Assembly (NCBI RefSeq): GCF_037042905.1
Contig: NC_087251.1
Span: forward strand, 16,866,001 to 16,930,000
DNA length: 64,000 nt
Direction of reading: 5' to 3'
From: Lytechinus pictus
Taxonomy: Eukaryota
Shown here: piece by piece, positions 24,601 to 37,711 of the stretch
How positions within the stretch are numbered: the stretch's first letter is position 1
How the letters are laid out: every line of letters starts with the position of its first letter
Notes under the pieces: generated by a model
What the model was told of the DNA's origin: nothing
What the model saw: only the letters and a program-made list of their open reading frames with translations
The model's database searches: none
Translations under genes and position numbers: made by a program

Positions 24601-27600
24601 ATCAATCAAATGTAAATAAATTCCTTGAAACAAGCCAGTACATTTAGTGTCTTTTCTTAAAGTGTTTCTATAAGTTACAACTGTTAAAAACGTTTTGCCA
24701 CCAAGTATCGATATTAACTTGGGTGATCAGCTGATTGCAGAACACCATCTTGTGTTTGATGGCCAAAACTACAATTCATTACTTCATGTATAATTCACTC
24801 ATAATCAATCAGACAGCAATGCTTTATCATGCACGACATCTTAATAAATATCCTCACCAATGGACTAGGACAGGTAGTGTATCTACTGTGGCAGCATCAT
24901 CTTCCGTTCTCATCACATAGGAGATGTAGTCATTAGGTCCTTGATGCCAAAAGGTTAAGGCAGCATTGAGATGGATCAAACGATTGGACATGACGGATAG
25001 GATGGTGGTATGACCAGAATGTAGCTGAAAAAAAATCAGACAATCATTCACTGGAAAATTATTTTCAACTTGACCTGTTATTTACTGAGTTCTGTAATTC
25101 CCAAAGACTTTGTACAAGGATCAACTAAGTCCAAGGGGCAACAGATTCAAAGAACTTCATGACACTGCTCTAGCAGCACATTCTTTAGTGTCACAGCACT
25201 ATAAAATTTGATGAGTTACATTTCCCTTTGAAGGTCACAAGAATAAATGCAGTGTAGGAGACTGTACAGCTACCATCTAAAGGGTGTGATTCTTTTTTTG
25301 TATTTTAGGAGTAAAGTGACTTCATCCTGTTGGTAAGTGTTACTTCATTGTTATATTGTGAAAATAAATTGAATAGTCAAAAACACAATATTTCAAATAA
25401 TTATTGCAGCATTTTTTTTTATTTTGTGACCTACATAAAATAAAAATCTAAATAAAGAACAATTTTGTTGATGGAAATACTGAATATAGAGATTTTACAA
25501 ACATTTTTTTCATTATCTTTAATGAAAAATATCAAACTATTATTATAATATGAAATGAAACTTAAAATGGAAATCATTTTAAAGGTTTGAGACTCACCTC
25601 TGGAGGTGGAGCTCTATCCACTCTCGCATTGTATTTATCATTACGTGAGCAATTCTCCTTATCGTCCACCTCGTCGTAGCTGTCATCGCATCCTGGGAGT
25701 ATGAAATCAGCTTTATGATGGACACGTCTTACTGAAGGCTTTCTGGGTGATGGGGTCTTGATCTGATTGGACAAAAATTATTGAGGTTAGTAGTTAGCAT
25801 ACCTGGCAAACCCTGTCATGATAGGTCATTCATTCTAATACATGTACATCCATCAAAAAAGAAGACTCCAAAATCATATTTTAAATTTCAAGAAAGAAAG
25901 GTATGTCAAATTACACAATATAAGAAATCAAAAGTGAAATTGATGAAAAGTACAATAAATACTAGAGTTCAAATTAAACTAATTTCTGAATAACAAGGCC
26001 ATGATTATTAAAAAATTGTCAGTTTACTCTTCCTTTAATCAAATCCCACATTTTGAATGACATCACATGACTAACAATTCTTTGTATGGCAGTACTCTTA
26101 TTTGCAGTACACCTGTGGTCGGCAAATTTTAGAGTTATTTTTATCTTACTGATAGACACAGGCTGGAAATATGAAGAAATTTGATGTTCAAGATTAAGCT
26201 ATGTTTTGAGGCAATAACCTCTGAAGATGCTTTCACATCTTCATGATACAGAGTATTATCCAACGATAAGAATATACCAGATATGGTAATAATAAAGCAG
26301 AGTATGTGGGTGAATGGTGGTTCTGACTCTCATCCAGTTTCCAAAGACATATATGAACCTGGAAATTAAACCTGTATTTTTCAAGTTTTCAAAAATTATC
26401 TGAGATGAAGAAAAATTATGCAAACTTTTCATCTAATCTCAAGGCAAGAAAGATGTGCATACTTTGCTATAATATTAAAATCTGTAGAAACCTTATTGCA
26501 ATAACACAAACTACACATTTTATTTGGCTTGGGAGTTATGAATGAGCAAACATAGCTCCTTTGTATTTTGGGGTCTCAAGAGAATTCTCATAAATGAAAG
26601 GTATTTCCTTGATCAGGGCGGTGTGAAAGCCCTGTAAATGTACAGGAAATCAAGTAGTGCCAGACATCAATGGCGACGATGTTAACCTTGCGGGTTGTAG
26701 TCCAATTAATCTCACCTTGCCGTGCTTGTTGGCTACCTGTAAAGGTTGTCTGCAAGCCTTCTTCACAGGAACCTTGTACGAAGGTCGTCTGGCAGCACTG
26801 TAAATCAACAGACAGTGAACATCACCTTAAACTTCCTCCAGTAATACCACATTTCATACCACAGGCATGGGCGGGTGTACCTGGGCACTTTTTCATGAAG
26901 TGATTTGTCAGTGATATCTAGTTACAACTGTTAAAAGCCACTGAAATCATCTCATCTGATTGGCTTATCTAGCAAAATTTTGACGGTTAAACTTAAAATC
27001 AACAAGATGCTTTTCAAACCCTCCAATAAGCCTTTCTAGAACCTTAAGGGAGGACTCTATATTTGCTATTTAAGCAAAAGTAGGTCTGTGATGTCATATT
27101 AGCATTAATTATAGAAATAATATGCTTCATTATAATTATCTAAAATGCACTTCTTTCTCATTTGTACACTTCATGACTGTTATCCCCGAGTGGAGTCCCT
27201 TTTTCACTTACAGCACAGACATTGTTATCATCAATTCGTGGATAATATTTGAATGAAGATAACATTGCATTATGTAAAGTATCTTTATTACTCCAGAGAT
27301 GTAAGAAAATCCCAAGAACTCTAGAGAGACTGAAATGATGGCTCATTGCCATTTTTAAGACTGGTAGTACCTATAGTAAAGGTATATCCAGCACATTTTC
27401 ATCATTTGGGCATAGATATATCATCAGAGCCTCCATGTATATTCTCCTAAAGCTTAAATATTAATGCTTGGTTTATAACTTCTATTGTTCAAGCTTGATG
27501 TACACGTTACACCACACCTGGAGTGGGATGTTTCACAAAGTGATATAATGAATGACATCCTTGTATCTCATTGGATTATAAAATTGTCAGTAACAATCGC

Positions 27601-29031
27601 TGCTGATACCTGAGATGCTCCATGATAGCCACCTTCCCCCCCCCCCCCCAATTTGTAAAGATTGAATAGAGTGATATTTAATTTGAATTTTATCACTTAC
27701 ACTTTATTGCCATCTTTCCATGCATACTTGGATTGGCCTGGCTTGGAAGGCTGGAATAAAACATAAAATTCATGAGGCCTGACTGAGACTTGTAGTTATG
27801 CCAAGCATCAAAATAAGACAGTTGATCATTCAATAAGTGATTTAATCTAGGATAATTGTAAGAATGAGTAGATAATGACATAAAATAATATTCAGTATGG
27901 TTGGAACTACCCCTTATCGACCACCTAATTTTCTAAGCATCGTATCTGCAAAAATATTTATCAGTTTAACCTAGTTTTCGTCTCATTTGTGCAGAAAATT
28001 AAGCAGATCAGATTCCCATGTTTTGATCAGTGACTCTGATTCAATTCGCGTATATATTGGCGAACAACGAATACGACGGTTTTACATTTGCTCATTTGCA
28101 CCCTTCTTTTGAAACCGACCACCCGTGATACACTAAGTTTACGGCCGATTCTTGTCGCGGTGGCGAATCTTCCAAATCAGTTCTATGATGTCAACATGCT
28201 AAATGATCGTCTCACTACTTCCACTGCGAGCTCCGGCACATGATTCGACGATTGACGACGGATATTTGTTCTAAAGCCCTTCCTATCGGAAACGGGGCGG
28301 GTTCGGGTCTAGTCAAAACAATTTTGATAAATTCTACTAAATTTTTACCTTTCCCCCCTTCTTTTTCTCTTGTAAAATCAAATTTTACCGTTCCTATGGA
28401 CACTGCGCCTACTCTCCCGCGCGTATCGTTTGTAATACGCAATAATTTAAATGCGCGTAAGGTGGTCAGTTTCAAAAGAGGTGGTTGATATGTGGTGGTC
28501 TCACTATATGTGTAAGACAAATAATCATCATACCATATTGACAAACAATCATCATACCATAACCATACATACTGAGACAATATAATATTTAATAGATAAA
28601 GGAGCTTCCCATCCCATTCATTGACACTACCAATACAATCATAAATCAAAATTAAGGGTGAAGTGATATACAAAACATTTCAGTGCTACTAAAAAGAATG
28701 GCTTTCATTTGGTGCTTTCCAATATTGTGTTTAGTTGGATTTCGGGGACAAAGGTAAGAGTAAGATTGCAATTCAAACTTGCTGACATACATCATACATG
28801 TAATGCTTTGAAATCAAGAATTGTTTGACCCATAAAAAAAAATTGGTGGAATTTGGCCTTTGTTCAAAATGTTCATTTCACAGAATTGGCTTCTGAATTG
28901 ATAGTTTGATCAAGAAATATAATACCAACCTTTTTGATGTCATCTTTTGAGACCCAAATGTATTTGTTTTTGTTCCAGTCCCATTTGACGAATCCTCCTT
29001 CCTCATTAGGTCCCCTTGCTCTTGATGCCAT
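21689..29031 (-). CDS. KATNBL1: KATNB1-like protein 1 (katanin p80 C-terminal con80 domain, no WD40), 298 aa
   Basis: Nine coding exons with GT-AG sites and matching phases: 29031-28930, 27750-27701, 26797-26716, 25762-25598, 25024-24858, 24242-24144, 23905-23798, 22568-22475, 21718-21689 (897 nt). The C-terminal half (LHSGHTTILSVMSNRLIHLNAALTFW...EDDAATVDTLPVL...LSLGACFDLLPTLKKLLSSKYEDYV...LRFWWTDL) matches the KATNBL1 pattern. A probable non-coding first exon ends at the donor near 29444. Confidence 0.92.
22055..22129 (-). mobile_element. tRNA-derived SINE head (degenerate) in the last KATNBL1 intron
   Basis: The reverse complement reads GGAGGTGCTGTGGCTGAGTGGTCTAACG...GGGTTCAATTCCCAGCCAC, containing Pol III A- and B-box-like motifs but no proper cloverleaf. 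Confidence 0.6.
27893..28576. repeat. Probable DNA-transposon derivative with internal inverted arms (KATNBL1 intron)
   Basis: CACCCTTCTTTTGAAACCGACCACC (~28099) is inverted relative to GGTGGTCAGTTTCAAAAGAGGTGG (~28461). Termini resemble CAGTATGGTT / AACCATACATACTG. Confidence 0.45.
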
Positions 29032-29784
29032 CTCTGTTGATTTTTAGAAAATTAGTGTCTGTCACAAGAAAAAAAATCAAACAAACAAATGATCAGTATC
29101 AGAATGTGAACTACACCATGTATAGCTATACTATAGTATCCTCTTCTTTATATTTCAGTGGATATACTTGTCAACATTTCTCTTAGACAGCTGGCAGCCG
29201 TCTGTTTCGAGGAGTTTTGTAACATTTTTTTCCTTCTAATTTCTCCTCGTACACAGACGGCTCGCTATCGTGCAGCCACCATTAGGGGGTTAACAATGCA
29301 AAATTCCCCCGACGGGGCTCATCGATTTTCATAAAAATATATAAAAAGACCTGTACCAAAATAAAGATTATTATTCCGTTTTGGCCTGAAATGCACGAAA
29401 ACGGGGAAAAATAAACTTAAAAGGGGAAAAAACAGTGACTTACTTAGGCTGTCGCGCAACTTCACTTCCCTGTTTTATCCAAACTTAATACATATGGCCA
29501 TCGAGTCCCCTGTACAGATTGAGCTAGAACTTCGGTCTCTGTATTTGGTGAGTGGAGCCAACGGAGTTCAGCGGAACAACCAACATAACATTAGACCGAA
29601 GCGAGAACAAAATAGAAGATGATTACAACTATTGAATTCATATAGTGTAATCCGATCCAAAGACAAAAAAGAAGGCTTCAAAAATATAAAGTCAAGTGTC
29701 CGGACACCCGACCCCCATCGTACCACCGGTTGTTTTACTGACCTTCAAAGCGAGGGCAGGCAACGTATTAACCCAGGGAGCTCG

Positions 29785-29922
29785 CAAACTGGACCCTCAA
29801 AAAAGGAAAAGTTTTACCTCTGTCACATTCGTTCTCGGTATCGATCGGCCATTTTGTTTTCAATTTTGACAGAAGGAGAACGAACGAGACAGAACTTTTC
29901 CTTTTTTTGAGGGTCCAGTTTG
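29785..29922. mobile_element. Short inverted-repeat element (MITE)
   Basis: CAAACTGGACCCTCAAAAAAGGAAAAGTT / AACTTTTCCTTTTTTTGAGGGTCCAGTTTG. Confidence 0.7.
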
Positions 29923-30121
29923 TGCCTCGATGTCAGGATTTCTGTCTCACGATAGACCTTCATCCATATAATCGAGTTACCATAAGTGCATAATTTATTT
30001 TCCCCCTTATTTTGAGTGCTATTGCGACCCCAATCTACCCCATCTTGGAGAATATGTCTGTCTCCAGTATACTAACCTCGCATGTTGTGTGAGTGGTCTG
30101 TCTCGTATTACACGGACGACT

Positions 30122-30286
30122 CCAGGGGAGCGTTTCATGAAAGGACTTGTCGGACGTTTTATCCGACAAGTCCCATTTTATCCGACAGTTACCATAGGAA
30201 CAGTGCCTCTCTGCCAATCAAAATCATGGAAAGATGTCAGATCTGACAACTTGTCGGATGAAAATATTGATGAAACGCTCCCCTGG
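30122..30286. mobile_element. PIF/Harbinger-like MITE
   Basis: TIRs CCAGGGGAGCGTTTCAT / ATGAAACGCTCCCCTGG. Decayed relatives lie near 26880-27020 and 31033-31067. Confidence 0.7.
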
Positions 30287-31519
30287 GCTCCGGCCCGCTT
30301 CGCGTGCCCGAGCTCCCTGGGCCTGGCCCTGGGTTAGCAACGTACCAGCGCGGTGCGATGATAACGCCAGGTCCGGTCCGACTTACAAAATATTCATTCG
30401 AGATCTACCCAATCTCTAAATTCTAATCAAATTGTCGGAACATTACCAATAGGCAATAGACTCTACTTATTTGAAAATAAACTAGGCCTACAACACATTA
30501 ACTTACCAAGTGCTAATCAAATGTTTCCACACCTTTGCTCTGGCTCTGCTCTGTACGAAACTTCGATCCGCACGAATCAATAAAATGTAAACAAACGTGT
30601 CGACAGTTCAAATCGTTATTGTTTGAGATCACGTTTTGATTGGTCAAAAATCCGCTCGATCGGTCTCGCCGAGCCTAACCCTAGCTCGGTTCGGCCGGCC
30701 TCTGTGCGGCCTCTAACAGCCAGCCGTGCTCCGTCTAAAAAAATTACTATTAAAGGCTTATTAAAATATGAAATAATCATGCTTTAATATGTTTATACAT
30801 GAAGGCCACAATTAAAGAGCTAGTGTGTTGGATGAATAAAGGATTTTCATGATTTTGATATAGGCCTAGCTATTTTAGCATCGGATTAGCAGGTTTTTGA
30901 GCAAGTTCTCTGAACAAATTAAATCGAGATTTAAATTTCACCGATTGTACACTAAAATTCAAAGGTCATTCAATTTGTTATTTAGTTGTTTGATGATATG
31001 GTCTAGGTACTTTTTAGATTCGTGTGGCGTACATCTGACAATTTGTCGGACGAAAATATTGATGAAAAGGGATGATCATGACATGCCCAGATCTAGCGTA
31101 GAGCCTAGGGGCCGCATAGGGGATCACGCCCCTAATTTTGTGGCGGCGAGCCCCCCCCCCCCCTCTGTAAGGAAAAATTAAAAAAAAGAAAAAAGAAAGA
31201 GACTTCGCCTTACTTGACGTTTTTATGCGGCTCCCATTTCCATCTATAATTATTGCTTCATAACTCAGCCGTGATGAAAATAGTTATTTTCTCACACAAG
31301 TGGATTTACTAGAATGCCCTATGCCATGTTGCTTCTGAAAAAAACCACATTTTTTCTACACGCAGATCGTAACACGGCTATTTGGTAATGCCCAGATTGT
31401 ATTTTCACTTCTAGTGTTCTCTTATCATTTTGGTTTTCGTCCACTTTTTCTGCGCCACATTTTCTTCAACAGCGCCAACTCTAATAGGCCTATATAGCAC
31501 ACAAAAAAGTTCTCCTCTA

Positions 31520-34262
31520 CAGTGGCGTAACAGGCGGGGGGGGGGGGGGGCATCGGGCAATTAAGCTGCCCCCCTGGCGGATTTCACCGGGAAATTAAAA
31601 AAACCGGGAAAAAAAAGAAAAGGGAGGGAGAAAGAAAGGGAAAGGGGAAGGAAAGGGGAAAAGGAAAGGAGGAAAAGGCCCAAAAGGAAGGAAAGCGGGA
31701 AAAGGAACGAAAGAAGAACATTTGAGAAAGAACAAATCATTCCGAAATAGGCCTATGTAATGCAATAGCATGATGGGAAATAAATTAAAAGATGACAAAA
31801 TGCATGGCAAACAATTAATAGCGGGGAATGAAGGTAGAATGGAATAGTCAAAAGCTAAATTGGAAAACAAAGAGAAAAAAAAACTTAATAACTCGACCGG
31901 GCTGCCGAGGATTGAAAATAAAGAGCGGGAAGAAAGATGGACTGCATACAACATTGAACTATAAGCTTGCTAAATTTTATGCAAATAAGGTACCGGGGAT
32001 TTGCCCCAGACCCCATGGATCGAGTAGGGGCTCTCATCTGTAACCTTCAAATGGCTCTATAGGGGAGACCGGGGCTAGTTCGCCCCCTTTTTACTAAAGT
32101 CGCCGTATACAGTCCAAATTACAAGTCAACATAGTGCCCAAATGTCTTCATTTGATAGCTATGACTCTTTGCTAAATTACAGCATCACTTCAATCCTATC
32201 AGCTATCACTTTTTTTAGGAATTCAATGTTGAATGAAAATTTTCGAAGTAGGTGAACCTGCCCCGTGTTGGGGCAGGTTCACCTACCCCCCGGGTATAAT
32301 TGCGCCTATGACGGGGCAAGTTTGCCAAAGAAATAAACTATACAATTTTATTCAATTCTGTAACTGCTTTATTAACAACAAACCAGAAAACTCGTTGTTC
32401 TTACATAGAACGAAAATAATTCAATTGAAAATTTCATAAATTGAAAATAAATCAAAATTAAAATTGAAAATACAAAATAAATAAATAAAAAGATACTGCT
32501 GACCAAACCTTCGTAAGGCTAAGCTTTAACCCACATTGCACTTGAATTTTAAGACCAGTCTTGAAGTAAGAGGTAACACTTTCTACTTCACGACGTCAGG
32601 CGGAATTCTCGCCCGTTCTGTTTTTCTGGCATAAATTATGTGCGTACCATCCTGAAAACAAAAAGTGTGCAAAATATTACTTCTTAATATATACATAAAC
32701 GTCGCATCTTTAGGTCTCTTTCTCTCTCTCCTTAACATTTCCGGTTGCTATCTCATTTTGATTCTTATAATGATAATTGATGTCTTCTTTTGCTTTGTTT
32801 TGATGTTTATTCTTATAATGAAATGATTTCTGCATGTTATGCATTTTTATATGTATGTAGATAATAATGCAGAGCCCTGTGCCTGTGGAAGACCAGTGAT
32901 TTTTTATCCATTTTAATTGTACATATTTGTGTAATTTAATATATTTAAGTATATTGAACTGAACAGGCTACTCTGGATAAAGATTTGAAATAAATAAATA
33001 AAAGCGCACAGCATATCTTATTTTCTATTTCCAGTAGAGACCGGGGTAAATTCGCCTCCTCCACGGGGCATGTTCACCTCCCCGGCGATCATGCCCCGTT
33101 GATAGACGGCGGACTAGCCTCACGGGTGCAAATCATGCTCAAGTGACTCTGTGTAAACAGGGGAGGCAGGGATAGGCAAATTACATTCGGGGATAAAAAG
33201 GGCACATATTTGCTTATCGGAAACTGGCATTGATAGCATGAAATTATCTAGGCATATAGTAGCATATACAATATTAAATAAGGACCAATTTTTCACTCAC
33301 TTTGACGAAAATGATGAATTTCGAGATAGAATTTCAAATCTTCTTGAATGGCGAAAAAAATGTGGCTGGTGCGCGCAGCGTCGGTCACACGACATAGCGC
33401 AAATGCGTCGTTGACGTCACCGGTATAGATTATGAAAAAAACGAGGGTGGCGAACTTACCCTTACAAGTGCAAACTAGCCCCGGTCTCCCCTAACGCATA
33501 ATTAGAATTTAATTTCAATAGGCAATTTTTTTTCCAGCTCGCTTCGCTCGCTGGCGACTTTTTACAAATTTTCCACATTGCTACGTTTTGCCCATATTTT
33601 GTTTCAACTGGGTTGAATAAATGTGTTGTGTAAAAGCTATATTCTGTATATACCCGCGATTTGATTGAAAATGGCGGCAATCTGCGAGGTTTAAATGGCT
33701 TTGATATAAAAAATTTCCGGGGGCTCTGCCCCGGACCCCAACCGCATAGCACTGCCGTACATGAGTATGGAATGGTTGGGCCATGGTCCCCAGAAGTTCT
33801 ACAACCAAGAAAAAAAAAGGAGGAAAGAAAAGCAAAGGAAAAGTGTAGGATATGATTTATTTACTGAATATAATGTTAAAAAATATCTCGAAGTTAGATT
33901 CTCATGAAAAGGTGATTTTTTTTCTCGCTCGCTTATTTTTACTCTTCACGCTACTGCCGCAAAGAATCCTGTTGACAGTGGCGTACAGACCACAAAAAAG
34001 GAATGGAAAGAGAGAAGAGTGAAATATATTATTCTCTGGATATCATGTCAAAATCTGTCAAAAAATTGGATTTTTGTATTAAAAATGTCAAAATTTTTTG
34101 CTCGCTCGCAACTTTTTTTTAAAGATAAATTCTGCCTGATCCGCAATGTCTGGCCCTCTCAAAATCGTCGCCTCATTACACCTTATGCCTGTTCATACCA
34201 TGATATGACCTGGACATTTTTGGCTCTTGCCCCCCTGGCCACCGACCCCTGTTACGCCGCTG
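31520..34262. mobile_element. Non-autonomous hAT transposon hosting nested insertions
   Basis: TIRs CAGTGGCGTAACAGG / CCTGTTACGCCGCTG and a perfect 8-bp TSD CTCCTCTA (31512-31519 and 34263-34270). Confidence 0.92.
32062..33491. mobile_element. pogo/Tc1-mariner-like non-autonomous element nested in the hAT
   Basis: TIRs GGGGAGACCGGGGCTAGTT / AACTAGCCCCGGTCTCCCC with a TA TSD, plus internal repeats of the GGGGCAxGTTC motif. Confidence 0.85.
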
Positions 34263-34392
34263 CTCCTCTAATATTCCATACGATGTGGTTGACTCATCTC
34301 TCGACATGTCGACATTCAACGTTTCATAAGTCGACTTGGCAACATAACGAATGCCTATTATTTCGCCATTTTGAGATTTTACTTTTATATTA

Positions 34393-35633
34393 ATCCCAGC
34401 GTACACTATGTTATCTGATGCGACGCGATTTTTTTTTTAGTAAATCGCATTTTGCATTAAATGTGAAAATTCCAAGAATTAAAATTATTTCATTTGAAGT
34501 TCGGCATAACTGTTAGGAATAAGAACATCATAATTATGGTTTGGGCAAGCCCTGTGGTCGGATTAAAGTCCAAATCGGTTTCAAGTCACAGCCGATGATG
34601 ATGTCATTACGATTTGGATAATTTGCCTTTATTCCTATAGGCCTACAGGGAGGCTCAAACTATAGACTGAATTTCGATTTCGCTATCATTGGTCGGAGTC
34701 TTTGGTTTGAGTGTACATATCCATGCAGTGGCGTACCGTGGGTCACGGCATTGGGGGGCACCAGCTAAAATTTTGGGTCGCTTAGTGGGCGCGCGAAGCG
34801 CGCGAAATTGCCAGGTATACTAACCTTGTAGAGACATTTTAAGGACTGTGCCATTTAATGGATTTGTATCTCACTGATAAAATAATGCAAGCGCGAAGCG
34901 CGAGCTGAAATTTTTTATATTCAGACGTAAAAAAGGACTGACATAAGCAAATTTTTGTAATCATGGCACGTACCTGTCTCCCCAAACAAGCAATGCGAGC
35001 GCGAAGCGCGAGCTTCAATTTTTGTATAGGCCTATATTGACCCCAAACAGGACATTTTAAAGGGATGGTCCGGGCTGATTTTTGATAAATTTTTTATATT
35101 CAGACCGGAAAAGTGGACATTTTAGGAATTGTTTTTAGGAATTCATGAAGAGCAGACATATCTCACCAATTCACTAATGCGAACGTAAGCCCAGACTGGA
35201 TATGTTTTATAAAGGGGGCAATCACTTTAGATATCTATGTAAAAGAAGCATATGTCACTACCAAAAATAACGATAACTCGAAGTGCGAGGAAATATATTT
35301 GGTGTATATTGACTTGAAAACGGGATGTTTTAGTACAGCAGGATTATAATATCTCATTAAACAGACAATGCGAGAACCAGGAATGATGAACACATATAGG
35401 CCCTAAGCAAATTATGTTTCATAAAGCTACGAAAAACATAATATAATGAAATTTCTTCTTCCCCACTATACGTTTCTCATTCTTTCTCCCTTTTTTCTCC
35501 TTTTCCTCTGTTTTTTTTTTTTTTTGGGGGGGGGGGGCACGTGCCCCCATGCCCCCAGTGGTTACGCCAATGTACATATCAAAATTTCTTTGAAATTCGG
35601 ATCGCAACGAATCGCATAGTGTGCGCCGGGCTT
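34393..35633. mobile_element. Harbinger-like MITE interrupted by a hAT element
   Basis: Imperfect TIRs (TA)ATCCCAGCGTACACTATG / CATAGTGTGCGCCGGGCTT(TA). Confidence 0.6.
34726..35572. mobile_element. Non-autonomous hAT element
   Basis: Ends CAGTGGCGTAC / GTTACGCCAATG and internal GCGAGCGCGAAGCGCGAGC repeats. TACATATC follows the right end and recurs 4 bp before the left end. Confidence 0.75.
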
Positions 35634-35761
35634 TAATAAGTCGATTTAGCAAGGTATAATCTCATTTTGTCGACAAGACAAGTTACTTTGTATACGTCAC
35701 ATTGGCAAGGCAAACTGTCTTGCCATGTCAACATTAAGTCGACATGAGAAGATATAATATC

Positions 35762-35987
35762 GGTGACACGACATTTTCTCCTGCGACAATTGCTCCGGGC
35801 TTCATCTAAGGTTCATGGGGGTTTTGTGTTAGGTTTATAGGGTTAGGATTAAGCATGGATCCTTCTAGTATAGGATCCATGGTTTAAGGTAGGGTATAGT
35901 GTTGAATCCTGGGTTGAGTTTGGTCATTCGATTAGTGTGTGGAATTTAAATCGGAGCAGTCGTCGCCGGAGCGAATGTCATGGAACC
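35762..35987. repeat. Interspersed repeat with TTAGG-rich core and terminal inverted repeats
   Basis: GGTGACACGACATTTTCTCCTGCGACAATTGCTCCG / CGGAGCAGTCGTCGCCGGAGCGAATGTCATGGAACC. Confidence 0.6.
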
Positions 35988-36168
35988 AAAATATCTCGCA
36001 ATGCCGTAAACTAGATATATTTTAAAGTTGGAATGAAAGGCTGTGTGCTTCAGTCGCACCAACGAAACAGACTGCAAACCGACCGATGGTATGTTATTGG
36101 TAATAACGTAATAGCTTTGATCGGTCTGGAGTCGGTTTTGCAGGTGTGACATTATGGCTCTGCATTAA

Positions 36169-37711
36169 CCCTATCTTAACTGGGCTATTTCAGACCAGTA
36201 TACTGGGAGGGTCAATTTGACCCCTCCCCTCAGATCTCGGCCGCTGATCGCGCGATCGCCGCGAAAATTTGCACGTGCGTATAGAACCGGATGTAAACTA
36301 CAAGACCGTATGGTAAAATTTTCAAAATATTAATTGTTTATATTTTTTAATTAATTAATTATGCAAATAAGCGTATGAAATTGGCCCTAAATTTTGTTTT
36401 TTGTGTATGTTTTTGCCTTTAACTCAATTTATATAGCTAGTAGAATGCTAATTTTTGGGAGTATCAATTATAAAATTTTGTGTATTACATTTTTTCTTTC
36501 TCATTGATTATTATGTTCATTTTGTTGACTATTTTTATGTGATATTGTTTTGTTATGTTTTTAATTTCTGTTGATACAGGGCCCCTTGGTCGAGCAGTTC
36601 TTGTAACTGAAAGGGCTACCCTGTTAAAATAAAACGACAAATAAGTAAATAAAAACATTTCTAGCAAATATCTACAAACAATGCAAAAATATAATTAATT
36701 TCCTATGTATTTTATTGTTTTTTTAAATTCTTATATATTTCTTTGTTTTTTCAAACCTTTGTTTTTTCCAATGAACTTTGTCGGGAACGCGATTGCGATC
36801 ATAAATAGCATAAAATAAATCTATTTAAACCAACAAAAGTAAAAATAATCATACATTTATGAATTTTGGTTGAAAAACACAATTTGCATTGACTTTGTAC
36901 ACGGAATCACGTTTTTGAGCAATTTCGGGTCTGACATGCACTTAACAAAATGCTGCGTAATTTCGGAACCGCGTACCCGGGCGTCGCAAATTTGGTCTCA
37001 AAAGATGTGCAAGACTTAAAAGAGAATGAAACCTTTGGAACAAGATAGCTTGTGTGAAAACAGAAAAACAAAGAAACGGATCAACAAAAGTTTGATAAAA
37101 ATCTGACAAATGAGAAAGTTATGAGCATTTGAATATTGTGATCACTAATGCTATGGAGATCTTCCTATATTGGCAATGCGACAAAGATGTGTGATGTCAC
37201 TATTGTGAACAACTCTCCCCATTACTTAAGTGTATATTCACCCAAACTGCCTCTTTTATCACATCTATAGTATCAGTACATCATGTGTTCTTTCTATAGG
37301 AGAGCATGTAATACAGATTTTTAAAGAATATATTATGGATAAAGAGTTTGTATCACCATAAGAGCAAAAAGATACATTTTTGGGGTATTTTATAGTCGAT
37401 CAAAGGGAAAGTTGTTCACATGTGACATCACACATCCTTGTCGCATTGCCAAGGGGATCTCCATAGCATTGGTGATTGCAATATTCAAATGCTCATAACT
37501 TTCTCATTATTTGTCCGATTTTTCTCAAACTTTCTTTGTTCTTATTCTTTGCTTTTTCTGTTTCGACACAAGCCAACTTGTTCCAAAGGTTTCATTTACC
37601 TTTAAAAGTAAAAAGTCAGCGAGCGGCGCGGTCAAAAAATTTTGTGCGACGACGTAGTGACGAAATTTGTCGAGGGGGTAAAATTGACCCCCCCTCCCAG
37701 TTTAATAAGGG
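36169..37711. mobile_element. piggyBac-type non-autonomous element
   Basis: TTAA|CCCTATCTTAACTGGG ... CCCAGTTTAATAAGGG|TTAA. A related partial copy lies at ~42440-42670. Confidence 0.85.
37020..37601. mobile_element. Kolobok-type palindromic MITE nested in the piggyBac element
   Basis: TTAA on both flanks; long inverted arms of about 190 bp (AATGAAACCTTTGGAACAAG... / ...CTTGTTCCAAAGGTTTCATT). Confidence 0.85.

Noticed and set aside
28215..28673. 152-aa minus-strand ORF as a KATNBL1 exon or nested gene
   Set aside because: It lies within an inverted-repeat element, has no recognisable domain, and KATNBL1 splices in frame without it.
35820..35920. Interstitial telomere repeat
   Set aside because: Only scattered TTAGG-like words within a TIR-bounded interspersed repeat.
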